Positions 47,010 through 56,955 of a stretch of 64,000 bases of DNA are shown one piece after another. Position 1 is the stretch's first letter, and every line of letters begins with the position of its first letter. The position numbers and the translations under genes are program-made. The notes under the pieces were generated by a model. The model saw only the letters and a program-made list of their open reading frames with translations, was not told the origin of the DNA and did not search any database. This stretch comes from Nostocaceae cyanobacterium (GTDB lineage: Bacteria; Cyanobacteriota; Cyanobacteriia; Cyanobacteriales; Nostocaceae), in assembly GCA_035298905.1 (NCBI GenBank), contig DATGXQ010000126.1, positions 1,296 through 65,295 on the forward strand, given 5' to 3'.

Positions 47010-48092
47010 ATGCTACAGTCTACAAAGCTAATCAATTGGTTGAAACCAGCTTTACTCACTATTCTTTCTCCAGTTATAGCCATAATCTTGGCTTTACTGG
47101 CTGGTGCAATTTTGATTTGGCTGGCTGGTGGTAGTCCGATTACTGCTTATACTGCCTTATTTCAGGAATCCCTTTTTACCTATTTTGGTTTTGGTAATAC
47201 ACTGACCAAAATGACACCTTTATTATTTACCAGCTTAGGTGTTTTGTTGGCATTACGTGGGGGACAATTTAATATTGGTGGAGAAGGACAAATTTATTTT
47301 GGTGCTTTAGGTAGTAGTTTAATTGGTTTATATTGGCAAAATTTACCTGCATTAATTCATATACCTTTAGCTTTATTAGGAGGATTTTTATTAGGTGGAT
47401 TTTGGGGTTGGATACCTGGTTATTTAAAAGCTGTGCGGGGAGTAAATGAGGTTATTACTACTTTATTACTCAATTATATTGCTGTAAATTTAGTGAGTTA
47501 TTTGGTACAAAATCCTCTTAAAGCACCAAATGCACCTAGTCCTTATTCTCCTCTCATTGCTAAATCTGCATGGCTACCAATGATTTTAACTAATAGTTTT
47601 ACTCATGGAGGAATTTTACTAGCGTTAATTACAGCAGTAATTGTGTGGGTTTTGCTAGTAAAATCCCCTCTAGGATATCAAATTAAAGCAGTTGGATATA
47701 ACCCTATTGCTGCCCGTTATGCTAAGATTTCCGTGGAAAATACTATTATGTTGGTAATGGCTTTAGCTGGTGGTTTAGGGGGTTTAGGAGGTGCTTGTGA
47801 GGTACTGGGTGCAAAACATCGTTTGTATGAACAAGTTTCTCCGGGTTATGGTTTTGATGCTATAGCGATCGCCTTTTTAAGTCGTGGTAATATATTCGGT
47901 GTAGTGTTAAATTCGCTGTTCTTTGCTGCTTTAAATAGTGGTGCAAATGTTATGCAGCGCAGCGCAGGTGTACCTGTAACTATAGTTTACGCTATTCAAG
48001 GTTTAATGGTGTTATTTATAGCTATTAGTCTAGCAGTAGAAAGGGAAGTGAAAAATCAAATAGTTAAAACGCAGAGTAACGCAGAGGTTTAA
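47010..48092 (+). CDS. ABC transporter permease (BMP-type system)
   Basis: Multi-TM protein. FNIGGEGQ is typical of this permease family. Confidence 0.8.
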   Translation: MLQSTKLINWLKPALLTILSPVIAIILALLAGAILIWLAGGSPITAYTALFQESLFTYFGFGNTLTKMTPLLFTSLGVLLALRGGQFNIGGEGQIYFGALGSSLIGLYWQNLPALIHIPLALLGGFLLGGFWGWIPGYLKAVRGVNEVITTLLLNYIAVNLVSYLVQNPLKAPNAPSPYSPLIAKSAWLPMILTNSFTHGGILLALITAVIVWVLLVKSPLGYQIKAVGYNPIAARYAKISVENTIMLVMALAGGLGGLGGACEVLGAKHRLYEQVSPGYGFDAIAIAFLSRGNIFGVVLNSLFFAALNSGANVMQRSAGVPVTIVYAIQGLMVLFIAISLAVEREVKNQIVKTQSNAEV

Positions 48093-48125
48093 CGCGGAGG
48101 TACGCAGAGAAGTTTTTACTGTTTT

Positions 48126-49058
48126 ATGGAGAACTTACAATTTTTTTCCGATTATCTTGTGGCTAGTTTACATTTAGCAGTTCCTTTAGCTTTTGCGGCT
48201 TTGGGAGGGTTATATTCTGAACGTTCTGGAGTTTTAAATATTGCTTTAGAAGGAATGTTGCTAACTGGTGCTTTTAGTAGTGCGGCTGCAACTTTTTACA
48301 GTCATAATCCTTGGTTGGGGATATTTGCAGCTTTAGTTTTTGGCGGTTTGGTAGGTTTATTGCATGGTTTTTTATGCGTGACTTTGCGGGTAAATCAGTT
48401 AGTTTCTGGGTTAGCAATTAATTTAGTCGCATCAGGAATTACGGCGTTTTTATCACGGTTAGTATTTAATGCTAGTAACAATCAAAGATTACCAGGAATT
48501 GAAGCAATAACTATTCCCGGTTTAGCGAATATTCCTATAATTGGCAAGTTGTTATTTCAGCAAGATATTTTTGTTTATCTACTTTTGTTATTAATTATTT
48601 TTACTATTTATATTTTATTTTATACCAGCTTTGGTTTATCTTTACGAGCGGTAGGAGAATATCCCCAAGCAGTTGATACAGCAGGGGTTTCGGTTGTATG
48701 GTTGCGTTATTGTGCAGTCATAATTAGCGGTTGTTTAGCAAGTTTAGGAGGTGCTTATTTAGCATTAGTGCAGGTGAGATATTTTGCTGAAGGAATGAGT
48801 GCTGGTAAGGGATTTATTGCTATTGCTGCATTAATTTTTGGTAAATGGCATCCGGTGGGAAGTACATTAGCTTGTTTGTTATTTGGAGCAACTGAAGCTT
48901 TACAATTAAGAATCCAGGCTTTAGGTGCGAATATTCCTTATCAATTCCTATTAATGTTACCTTACGCGATCGCTATTTTGGCATTAGTCGGGTTAGTAGG
49001 TAAATCTACACCCCCTCAAGCCTTGGGAAAGCCTTATTTTAAAGGAAGTCGAGAATAA
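48126..49058 (+). CDS. ABC transporter permease (BMP-type system)
   Basis: Multi-TM protein with LNIALEGM, typical of the second permease. Confidence 0.8.
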   Translation: MENLQFFSDYLVASLHLAVPLAFAALGGLYSERSGVLNIALEGMLLTGAFSSAAATFYSHNPWLGIFAALVFGGLVGLLHGFLCVTLRVNQLVSGLAINLVASGITAFLSRLVFNASNNQRLPGIEAITIPGLANIPIIGKLLFQQDIFVYLLLLLIIFTIYILFYTSFGLSLRAVGEYPQAVDTAGVSVVWLRYCAVIISGCLASLGGAYLALVQVRYFAEGMSAGKGFIAIAALIFGKWHPVGSTLACLLFGATEALQLRIQALGANIPYQFLLMLPYAIAILALVGLVGKSTPPQALGKPYFKGSRE

Positions 49059-49254
49059 TTCCTTTTTCTCCCAGCCGGAAGTAATACAACCATGCTCACT
49101 TAGTTTTTTAGTGTCAATAGCTACAGTCAAATAAACTAACCTCAAGTATTCTTATCCCAAGCTCGTAAATGGTTGTTTGTAACTCTACTTAATTAGAACC
49201 TGTAATTAGTATTACAGAATACAATCTAATTGACAAAAATTTCTGGATTAGCAT

Positions 49255-49818
49255 TTGACTTCCAAGAAAACTTATGATGACTTTAATGTCAACTTAGGGG
49301 ATAATCTTGTGCGAATGTTCCAAGATCAACACACCAATAGCAGATTCATGGATTCTTTATCTATCAATTCCTTACTTGAAGATTTGAAAAATCCCGATGC
49401 TACAGTCCGTGAGCAAGCAACCCGGAAAATTTGGCGGATTTGGTTCCAGCAAAAAGGAATATACGGGCTAGAGAAGATTGATTATAGCCAAAAATTAATG
49501 GATACAGGGGATATTTCTCAAGCGGAAGAAGTCCTAACAGAATTAGTCAAAGAACAACCAGATTTTGCCGAAGCTTGGAACCGCCGTGCTTTTCTCTATT
49601 ACAGTACTGGTAACTATCAAAAATCCCTTGCTGACTGTCAAATGGTTGTCCAGCTAAACCCAGTCCATTTTGGCGCACTTCACGGAATGGGTTTATGCTA
49701 CGCAGCATTAGGAGAATATTCCCAAGCTATCCAAGCTTTTCAACGTGCTTTGACAATTCAGCCCTATTCCTTAGTCAATCAAAAATTGATTCTAGAATGT
49801 ACTCTCCGACTCAGTTAA
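49255..49818 (+). CDS. TPR-repeat protein
   Basis: AEAWNRRAFLYYSTGNYQKSLADCQMVVQLNP and following repeats. Confidence 0.65.
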   Translation: MTSKKTYDDFNVNLGDNLVRMFQDQHTNSRFMDSLSINSLLEDLKNPDATVREQATRKIWRIWFQQKGIYGLEKIDYSQKLMDTGDISQAEEVLTELVKEQPDFAEAWNRRAFLYYSTGNYQKSLADCQMVVQLNPVHFGALHGMGLCYAALGEYSQAIQAFQRALTIQPYSLVNQKLILECTLRLS

Positions 49819-50235
49819 AATCGTTAATTGTCTATTCTTTGTCACCCTAAAACGTGATAATTCCTAGCCTGAATTACCACCAGTGCATTTTGTGTATATC
49901 TGCTTCTACAACTACCAACCCTAACCCCAAGTTGACAATTAGACACATTGGAAGCAGAAGATAACATAATGCTTTTATCAGGCTAATCACCAGGACATCT
50001 ACAAAATGGGTAGCGATGAAACAATTCAAAATTCAAAATTCAAAATCAACAAATGGATTTTTACTCATTTGTTAAACTGTCATATCTAGCTATAAATAAC
50101 CAAAAATTCAGCTTTAAGGTAGATTGTAGGAATTTTCTCAATTTACCTAGTAAATCTGGAATTTTTCTACGAAAATAATACAAAAGCAGCTTTAATTTTT
50201 GACATCCTTCTGCGTTTAACAACCAGGATAAAACA

Positions 50236-51591
50236 ATGACCACACAGGAAAAATCTACTAATTTGGGGAATTTGATTAACTCTTTAGCAGGTATAGAGGT
50301 GATTAGAGAACCTAGCCAGGTAGCCAAATTATCCCAAGACTACCACACCTTTAGCCCTGTTCTGGTTCCCAAGTTAGCGGGTAAAATCGGGGATGTGGTC
50401 ATTCGTCCTGCTAATGAACAGGAAGTAATCAGAGTAGCGGCTGCTTGTGTACAACATCGCATACCTGTAACCGTGCGGGGTGCAGGAACGGGAAATTATG
50501 GACAATGCGTTCCCTTGCATGGTGGTGTGATTCTGGACATGACCAAAATGCAAGAAATTCTCTGGATTAAACCAGGAGTAGCACGAGTAGAAGCGGGGGT
50601 AAAATTAGCAGCAATCGACAAACAAGCGCGATCAACTGGTTGGGAGATGCGGATGCAGCCTTCAACCTACCGCACAGCAACCATTGGTGGATTTATTGCT
50701 GGTGGTAGCGGAGGTATTGGTTCAATACAATATGGCTTGTTAGGCGATCGCGGTAATCTCCTCGCCCTAAAAGTTGTTACTCTAGAAGATACACCCCAAA
50801 TTATCGAGCTACGTGGCGACGATGTACAAAAAGTTAATCATGCTTGGGGTATTAATGGTATTATCACTGAAGTGGAAATCCCCTTAGCACCCGCTTATCC
50901 TTGGGTAGAAGTTATTATTAGCTTTGAAAACTTCCTGAATGCAGCTAATTTTGGTCAAGCATTAGGCAACTGTGACGGGATAATGAAAAAATTAATCACA
51001 GTTTTTGCATCACCCATTCCCCAATATTTTACACACCTCCAGCAATATATCCCCGCAAATACTCATCCAGTATTTTTATTAATTTCTGAACCGAATTTAG
51101 AATCATTAACAGGATTAGTAAGACAATATAACGGACAAATTACTTATCAAAAACTAGCCCAAGATAAAGGCGCGAATCTAGCAGAATTTACTTGGAATCA
51201 TACCACCTTACACGCCAGGACGCTAGATACTTCTATCACCTATTTACAAAGTATGTTTCCGGCAGAACCAGATTTACAAACTGTTGCACATTTTTATCAT
51301 CATTTTGGTGATGAAGTGATGATGCATTTAGAATTTATTCGCGCCAAAGGTCAGGTAGTACCTGCTGGTTTACAACTGGTACGCTACACTACAGAAGAAC
51401 GATTAAATGAAATTATTCGCTATCATGAAGAAAAAGGCGTATTTATTGCTAATCCCCATACTTATATTATTGAAGATGGTGGCAGAAAAGTAATTGATCC
51501 AGAACAATTAAAATTTAAAGCACAAGTTGATCCCTATGGCTTAATGAATCCTGGTAAAAGTAAATTTATTCAGTTTCCAAGCATAAATTAA
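50236..51591 (+). CDS. FAD-binding (PCMH-type) oxidoreductase
   Basis: RGAGTGNYGQ and the FAD_binding_4 pattern. Confidence 0.75.
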   Translation: MTTQEKSTNLGNLINSLAGIEVIREPSQVAKLSQDYHTFSPVLVPKLAGKIGDVVIRPANEQEVIRVAAACVQHRIPVTVRGAGTGNYGQCVPLHGGVILDMTKMQEILWIKPGVARVEAGVKLAAIDKQARSTGWEMRMQPSTYRTATIGGFIAGGSGGIGSIQYGLLGDRGNLLALKVVTLEDTPQIIELRGDDVQKVNHAWGINGIITEVEIPLAPAYPWVEVIISFENFLNAANFGQALGNCDGIMKKLITVFASPIPQYFTHLQQYIPANTHPVFLLISEPNLESLTGLVRQYNGQITYQKLAQDKGANLAEFTWNHTTLHARTLDTSITYLQSMFPAEPDLQTVAHFYHHFGDEVMMHLEFIRAKGQVVPAGLQLVRYTTEERLNEIIRYHEEKGVFIANPHTYIIEDGGRKVIDPEQLKFKAQVDPYGLMNPGKSKFIQFPSIN

Positions 51592-51639
51592 AAATTAAAA
51601 ACTAAACAAAATAATTTAATCTACGGTGCAAAACTACCC

Positions 51640-52686
51640 ATGTTAGAAATTGATGGTTCTTATGGTGAAGGAGGCGGACAAGTTCTTCGATCTTCCTTAA
51701 GTTTAGCAGTTATCACTGGTACACCCATCCGTTTAGTAAATATTCGCGCTAGACGTGATAACCCAGGAATAGCAGCCCAACATTTAACTTCCATTCGTGC
51801 GGCGGCGCAAATTTGTCAAGCGCAGGTAACAGGTGATGCTTTAGGTTCAAAGTATTTAGAATTTATTCCTGGTAGTTCCGTAAAAACAGGAAATTATACT
51901 TTTGATGTTAGGGAAATATTACCAACTGGTTCTGCGGGTGCAGTTACTCTCATTCTGCAAACAATTCTTTTACCTTTAGCTTTAGCAAGTGGTGATTCTA
52001 AAATTACTCTCAAGGGTGGAACTCATGTAAATTATAGTCCCACATTTACCTATATTCAAGAAGTTTATCTGCCCATATTAAATCAAATGGGAATCAAGAG
52101 CAAAATTCAGTTAAATAGTTGGGGCTGGTATCCTCAAGGCAGGGGAGAAGTAGAAATAGAAATTAATGGTAATTGCCATTTAAAAGGAATCAATTTATTA
52201 GAAAGAGGGAATTTAAAACAAGTACAAGGACTAGCAGTAGCTACAAATTTACCTGCTCATATTTCCCAAAGAATGGCCAATCGAGCGGGAAATGTATTAA
52301 GAGAAGAGGGGTTAAAAGTTCATATTCAAACCTTGCGGGCTAGGGGACTAACAGCAGGTGCAGGAATCTTTTTAACTGCTAAATATGAATATAGCGTAGC
52401 GAGTTTCTTTGGTTTAGGAAGGGTAGGGATAGCAGCCGAAAAAGTTGCAGATTTTGCTTGTGAACAATTATTAAATTTTCATTATACAAACGCACCAATA
52501 GATGAACACTTAGCAGATCAATTATTATTACCTGCTGCTTTAGCTGCTGGTGAAAGTCACTATCGAGTCTCAGATGTAACTGGTCATTTAACTACCAATG
52601 GTGCTGTGATTGAAAAGTTTGGTTTAGCACGGATAAATGTTGATAAACAGGAAAAGATAGTAAGAGTTACACCAATTAAAAATTAA
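51640..52686 (+). CDS. rtcA: RNA 3'-terminal phosphate cyclase
   Basis: IDGSYGEGGGQVLRSSLSLAVITGTPIRLVNIRARR is the canonical RtcA N-terminus. Confidence 0.9.
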   Translation: MLEIDGSYGEGGGQVLRSSLSLAVITGTPIRLVNIRARRDNPGIAAQHLTSIRAAAQICQAQVTGDALGSKYLEFIPGSSVKTGNYTFDVREILPTGSAGAVTLILQTILLPLALASGDSKITLKGGTHVNYSPTFTYIQEVYLPILNQMGIKSKIQLNSWGWYPQGRGEVEIEINGNCHLKGINLLERGNLKQVQGLAVATNLPAHISQRMANRAGNVLREEGLKVHIQTLRARGLTAGAGIFLTAKYEYSVASFFGLGRVGIAAEKVADFACEQLLNFHYTNAPIDEHLADQLLLPAALAAGESHYRVSDVTGHLTTNGAVIEKFGLARINVDKQEKIVRVTPIKN

Positions 52687-52838
52687 AAATTAAAAATTAT
52701 AAAAACTTGATACACTTTAGGTTTAAGAGTTTGAATCTGTTGTAAAATTTTCAATACTCTCAAAACCAACAACTTGCTCTGTTGATCTAAAACAATTTTA
52801 ATTCAATTAGCGATCGCCTCCCTTCCTCCCCTCACTCG

Positions 52839-53546
52839 CTAATCCTTCCACAGTGCTATACCACCAAGCAAACCAGTGATATTGGGAATCAATTTTACAT
52901 TGAGCGGGAGAGTCATATTTACTTTCACAGCTTCACCACCGCCAATATATAGCCAATCATAATTGAACAGATTTTGTAAAGTGGCGATCGCTCTCTTTAA
53001 TCTCCGATTCCATTTTTTCTCACCAATCTTTTCTAAAGCAGCACGTCCTAGCTGTTCTTCGTAACTTTCCCCTTTGCGGAACGGATGATGTCCCATTTCC
53101 ATATTCGGGACTAATTTACCATCAACAAATAACGCAGAACCAAAACCAGTCCCTAAAGTAATTACTAATTCTACACCTTTACCACAAATTGCTCCTAATC
53201 CCTGCATATCAGCATCATTAATTACCCGCACAGGTTTATTTAAAGTTTGGGTAAGTGTGGCTGCAAAATCAAACCCAATCCAGTTAGGATGTAAATTGGC
53301 TGCTGTTTCTGTGACTCCAGAACGTACCACTCCCGGAAAACCCACGGAAACCCGGTGAAACTCTCCTTGACTTGCTGCTAACACAGCAATAGCATTAATT
53401 ACTACTTCTGGTGTAGCGGGTTGGGGTGTCTCTAAACGAACCCTTTCTGTTAGCGGTTTCCCGGTAATATCCAATACCATCGCTTTGACACCGCTACCAC
53501 CAATGTCTACCGATAGGGTACGCACTGAACCGTTATCTTCAATCAT
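52839..53546 (-). CDS. ppgK: polyphosphate glucokinase (ROK family, short cyanobacterial type)
   Basis: LSVDIGGSGVKAMVLD...INDADMQGLG...GTGFGSALF. Confidence 0.8.
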   Translation of the reverse strand: MIEDNGSVRTLSVDIGGSGVKAMVLDITGKPLTERVRLETPQPATPEVVINAIAVLAASQGEFHRVSVGFPGVVRSGVTETAANLHPNWIGFDFAATLTQTLNKPVRVINDADMQGLGAICGKGVELVITLGTGFGSALFVDGKLVPNMEMGHHPFRKGESYEEQLGRAALEKIGEKKWNRRLKRAIATLQNLFNYDWLYIGGGEAVKVNMTLPLNVKLIPNITGLLGGIALWKD

Positions 53547-53677
53547 CCAGTTCTCCTGTTTTTAGTCAAGTGCCAATTTTTTGCCAATCCTGACAACTCA
53601 TCAGTCCCGCTAAGATAGTTATTATCTAGCAGGTTTTCCTAGTTTTGAATTTTTAATTTTTAATTTTTAATTTTTCC

Positions 53678-54484
53678 ATGATGCACGGCTTTATCCCCCC
53701 TCACCGTTTTTTCCCCTACCTGACTTGGAAAGAAGTACAGGAGATGCCAAATAAGGACAATGTGGTTATTATTCAACCAGTGGGAGCGATCGAACAACAT
53801 GGACTTCATCTTCCCCTGGTTGTGGATGCAGCGATCGGTGTGGGAGTCTTAGGAAAAGCATTAGAAAAACTAGATGCTACTATCCCTGCCTATGCTTTGC
53901 CTAATCTATATTATGGCAAATCCAATGAACACTGGAATTTTCCCGGCACAATTACTTTAAGTACCCAAACTCTAACGGCGATTATTATGGAGATGGGAGA
54001 GTGCATTTATCGTGCAGGGTTTAGAAAGTTGGTGTTAATGAACTCTCACGGGGGACAACCCCAAGTCATGCAAATGGCAGCACGAGATTTACATGTCAAA
54101 TATCCTGATTTTGCCGTTTTTCCTCTATTTACTTGGCGTGTGCCACATATTACTAAAGATTTATTAACTACCAAGGAAGCAACTCAGGGAATGCACGCGG
54201 GAGACGCAGAAACTAGCATTATGTTGTCACTTTTACCAGAACAAGTAAAAATGGCTCAAGCTATTGCTGAGTATCCACCAGAACAAACAGAAGGTAGTTT
54301 ACTGAGTTGGGAAGGTAAATTACCAGTGGCTTGGGTAACGGAAGATATTAGTAAAAGCGGGGTAATTGGTGATCCGACGACTGCGACAAAGGAAAAAGGC
54401 GATCGCATTTTGGAGTCAGTCGCTAATGGTTGGGTAGAAGTGATTAAGGAAATCTATGCTTTTCGCTTGCCTCAAGTGAGTTAA
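53678..54484 (+). CDS. creatininase-family amidohydrolase
   Basis: GAIEQHGLHLPL...NSHGG...HAGDAETS. Confidence 0.75.
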   Translation: MMHGFIPPHRFFPYLTWKEVQEMPNKDNVVIIQPVGAIEQHGLHLPLVVDAAIGVGVLGKALEKLDATIPAYALPNLYYGKSNEHWNFPGTITLSTQTLTAIIMEMGECIYRAGFRKLVLMNSHGGQPQVMQMAARDLHVKYPDFAVFPLFTWRVPHITKDLLTTKEATQGMHAGDAETSIMLSLLPEQVKMAQAIAEYPPEQTEGSLLSWEGKLPVAWVTEDISKSGVIGDPTTATKEKGDRILESVANGWVEVIKEIYAFRLPQVS

Positions 54485-54563
54485 TACCAGTTTGATAGAG
54501 ATTTGTTAGGCTAGGATTATTAAGCAGCAATGGTTATTGAAAGTTGATATTTGAGTGAGAATT

Positions 54564-55067
54564 ATGACAGCCTTTGAATCTAACAGTTCTCGTTCCTATA
54601 GTCAAGAGGATATACAGCAAATTCTCCAATTAGCGATCGCTCGTCAAACTGATGACACAAACAAAGAATTTTCCTACTCTCAATTGTTAGAAATTGCCGA
54701 AGAATTACAAATACCACCAGAATCTATCAAGCTGGCAGAAAAAGATTGGATAGCAAAACAAACTGAGGTAGAAAAGCGTAAAGCATTTGATATTTACCGT
54801 CAAGGAAAATTTAAAAAGCGTTTGGGTAATTATGGAATTATCAACGCTTTTCTGTTGCTAATAGATTTTATTGGTGGTGCTAATGTTTCTTGGTCACTTT
54901 ATATTTTATCCTTTTGTGGATTAGCTATTACTCTGGATGTTTGGAATACTTTTCAAACTAAAGGCGAAGATTATGAAGTTGCTTTCCAAAAATGGAATCG
55001 AAAACATCAAATGAAGCAAAGTTTTAACTCAGTTTTAAATAAAGTGTTTAAATTCTTACAAAGTTAG
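54564..55067 (+). CDS. hypothetical membrane protein (2 TM segments)
   Basis: ATG at 54564; two hydrophobic helices in the C-terminal half. Confidence 0.45.
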   Translation: MTAFESNSSRSYSQEDIQQILQLAIARQTDDTNKEFSYSQLLEIAEELQIPPESIKLAEKDWIAKQTEVEKRKAFDIYRQGKFKKRLGNYGIINAFLLLIDFIGGANVSWSLYILSFCGLAITLDVWNTFQTKGEDYEVAFQKWNRKHQMKQSFNSVLNKVFKFLQS

Positions 55068-55161
55068 TGGCATAAAAAGCAATAAATATACAGAGAACGC
55101 TAAGGACAAAGCATTGCTTTGTCCCTACATTCCCAATTTTGAGTTTTGAATTTTGAGTTTT

Positions 55162-55264
55162 ACAGCATATTTCAGGTAAATGAGGTACAAGTTTTAGTCA
55201 CAAAGCCTTATGCTCAGAGACTTTCAACCCTGTTCCCTGTTCCCTGTTCCCTGTTCCCTGCTGT
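55162..55264 (-). repeat. MITE-like repeat, family A (inverted orientation), flanked by TTTTGAR heptamers
   Basis: ACAGCATATTTCAGGTAAATGAGGTACAAG...CTTTCAACC(CTGTTCC)n...CTGCTGT. Confidence 0.8.
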
Positions 55265-55287
55265 AAATTGTGAATTTTGAATTGGTC

Positions 55288-55911
55288 TTACCAATTAGCT
55301 ACAATTTGCGCGATCGCTTCCCTGGCAGCTACTAGAGATTTTTCTCTGGCTTCTTCCCCTAAATTGAGTCCATCAGCATGAATAAATGTCACATCTGTAA
55401 GACCAATAAAACCTAAAATAGTCCGCAGGTAAGGTTCTTGTAAATCATAGGCTGCGGTGGGTGTTCCTGGGGCAAACGTCCCACCACGAGAGGTAATGAT
55501 TAAAACTTTTTTGCTACTATCCACTAAACCTTGATAACCTTGTTCACCTACTGCAAAAGTTCGACCGATGCGGACAATTTGGTCGATATAAGCTTTCAAT
55601 GTAGAAGGAATATTCAGGTTGTACATTGGTACACCAAAAACATAGCGATCGGCTGCCAATAACTCATCAACTAAACTATCAGATACTTCAATCGCATCTT
55701 TTAATTCTGGTGTCCGTGCTTCTGGTGGGGTAAAAGCTGCGGCAATCCAAGATTCATCAACGTGAGGAACAGGATTATGTCCTAAATCCCGGTAAGCTAC
55801 GGTATCACCAGGATGGGCATTTTTCCACGCAGTGACAAACTCCTGGGTAAGAGTACGAGAAATTGAGCGATCGCCTCTGGGGCTAGAATCAATATGTAGG
55901 ATATTAGCCAT
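55288..55911 (-). CDS. azoR: FMN-dependent NADH-azoreductase
   Basis: MANILHIDSSPRGDRSISR and the flavodoxin-like fold 2 pattern. Confidence 0.85.
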   Translation of the reverse strand: MANILHIDSSPRGDRSISRTLTQEFVTAWKNAHPGDTVAYRDLGHNPVPHVDESWIAAAFTPPEARTPELKDAIEVSDSLVDELLAADRYVFGVPMYNLNIPSTLKAYIDQIVRIGRTFAVGEQGYQGLVDSSKKVLIITSRGGTFAPGTPTAAYDLQEPYLRTILGFIGLTDVTFIHADGLNLGEEAREKSLVAAREAIAQIVANW

Positions 55912-56026
55912 AATATATATTTCCTTGCAAATACTAGGTTTGGTAGATTTGAATATCTTTGTGACAAATTTCTGTCAAAATTGACTGTAAACTATATAAA
56001 GTTTATTTGCAAAGTACGCACTTAAA

Positions 56027-56041
56027 AGTAAGCTACTTACT
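56027..56041. promoter_or_regulatory. palindrome AGTAAG-CTA-CTTACT (operator candidate)
   Basis: Perfect 6-bp arms in the azoR/hxlR intergenic region. Confidence 0.45.
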
Positions 56042-56216
56042 AAAAGGTAACTATCAAAAGTTAGATTTATAGGTAAAAATCAGCAGTTTAACTCTTGCAT
56101 AAAAATGATACTTCTACATGCTCTGATTACAGCTAAAAACCTCAAGGTGAATATCTGAGTTTGATATCAATGTAATTAGATACAAAAATTAATTAATTTC
56201 ATTAGGACTTGTTCTG

Positions 56217-56228
56217 AGTAAATTTACT
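56217..56228. promoter_or_regulatory. palindrome AGTAAATTTACT (operator candidate)
   Basis: Perfect 12-bp palindrome in the same intergenic region. Confidence 0.45.
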
Positions 56229-56448
56229 TGCCAAACTCTAATTTTCTAACCAGTTAATCTGGAAATTTTGATGTAGTCACTATCATAAAAAGGTTAATTT
56301 TCAGTATATTTACACTTCCCAGATAATGCAATTAACTGTAAAGCTATCATCACAAAAAGGTTGATTTTGAGATTTACCCACTCAGCTAAATTTGTTTTTT
56401 GTATTGACTTTAATCTATGTACAATTACTATAGATAGTAGGGACTGAA

Positions 56449-56461
56449 AAGTAATTTACTT
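56449..56461. promoter_or_regulatory. palindrome AAGTAA-T-TTACTT (operator candidate)
   Basis: Perfect 6-bp arms, 15 bp upstream of the hxlR-family ATG. Confidence 0.45.
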
Positions 56462-56475
56462 ACCAAAAAGTAACC

Positions 56476-56820
56476 ATGAGAGCTGATGCAGAAATTCACA
56501 CCAAAACCACCTGTGAAGTAGAAAGTACACTGAAAATCATTGGTGGACGCTGGAAGGTTTTGATTATCAGAGAATTGATGTCAGGAGTAAAACGTTTTGG
56601 TGAACTCCAACGTTTATTACCGGGAATTACTCAAAAGATGCTCACTCAGCAACTACGAGAAATGGAAGAGGATGGAATCATACATCGAAAAGTATACCCT
56701 CAAATCCCCCCAAAGGTAGAATATTCTCTCACTCCTTTGGGGGAAAGTTTACAGCCTATTCTCTATGCAATGCATGAATGGGCTGTAAAACATTTACAGC
56801 AGGGAACAGGGAACTCTTAA
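56476..56820 (+). CDS. HxlR (DUF24/YodB-type) winged-helix transcriptional regulator
   Basis: [34 protein letters not shown]...[19 protein letters not shown]. Confidence 0.85.
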   Translation: MRADAEIHTKTTCEVESTLKIIGGRWKVLIIRELMSGVKRFGELQRLLPGITQKMLTQQLREMEEDGIIHRKVYPQIPPKVEYSLTPLGESLQPILYAMHEWAVKHLQQGTGNS

Positions 56821-56894
56821 CAGGAAGGTTGAAAGTCTTTTAGCATAAGAATTTGTTCCTAACATTTGTACCTCATTTAGCTGAAATCTGCTGG
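56796..56894 (+). repeat. MITE-like repeat, family A, overlapping the last 8 codons of the HxlR-family gene
   Basis: ACAGCAGGGAACAGGGAACTCTTAACAGGAAGGTTGAAAGTC...TTAGCTGAAATCTGCTG. Confidence 0.8.
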
Positions 56895-56955
56895 ATCTGG
56901 TCAAAATTATCAAGTAAATAATAGCTACGACTAACAAAATGCAAATGAATAGAGT

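Noticed and set aside
50061-50327. 88-aa minus-strand ORF
   Set aside because: It overlaps the start of the FAD oxidase gene on the opposite strand and abuts a heptamer array. There is no supporting motif.
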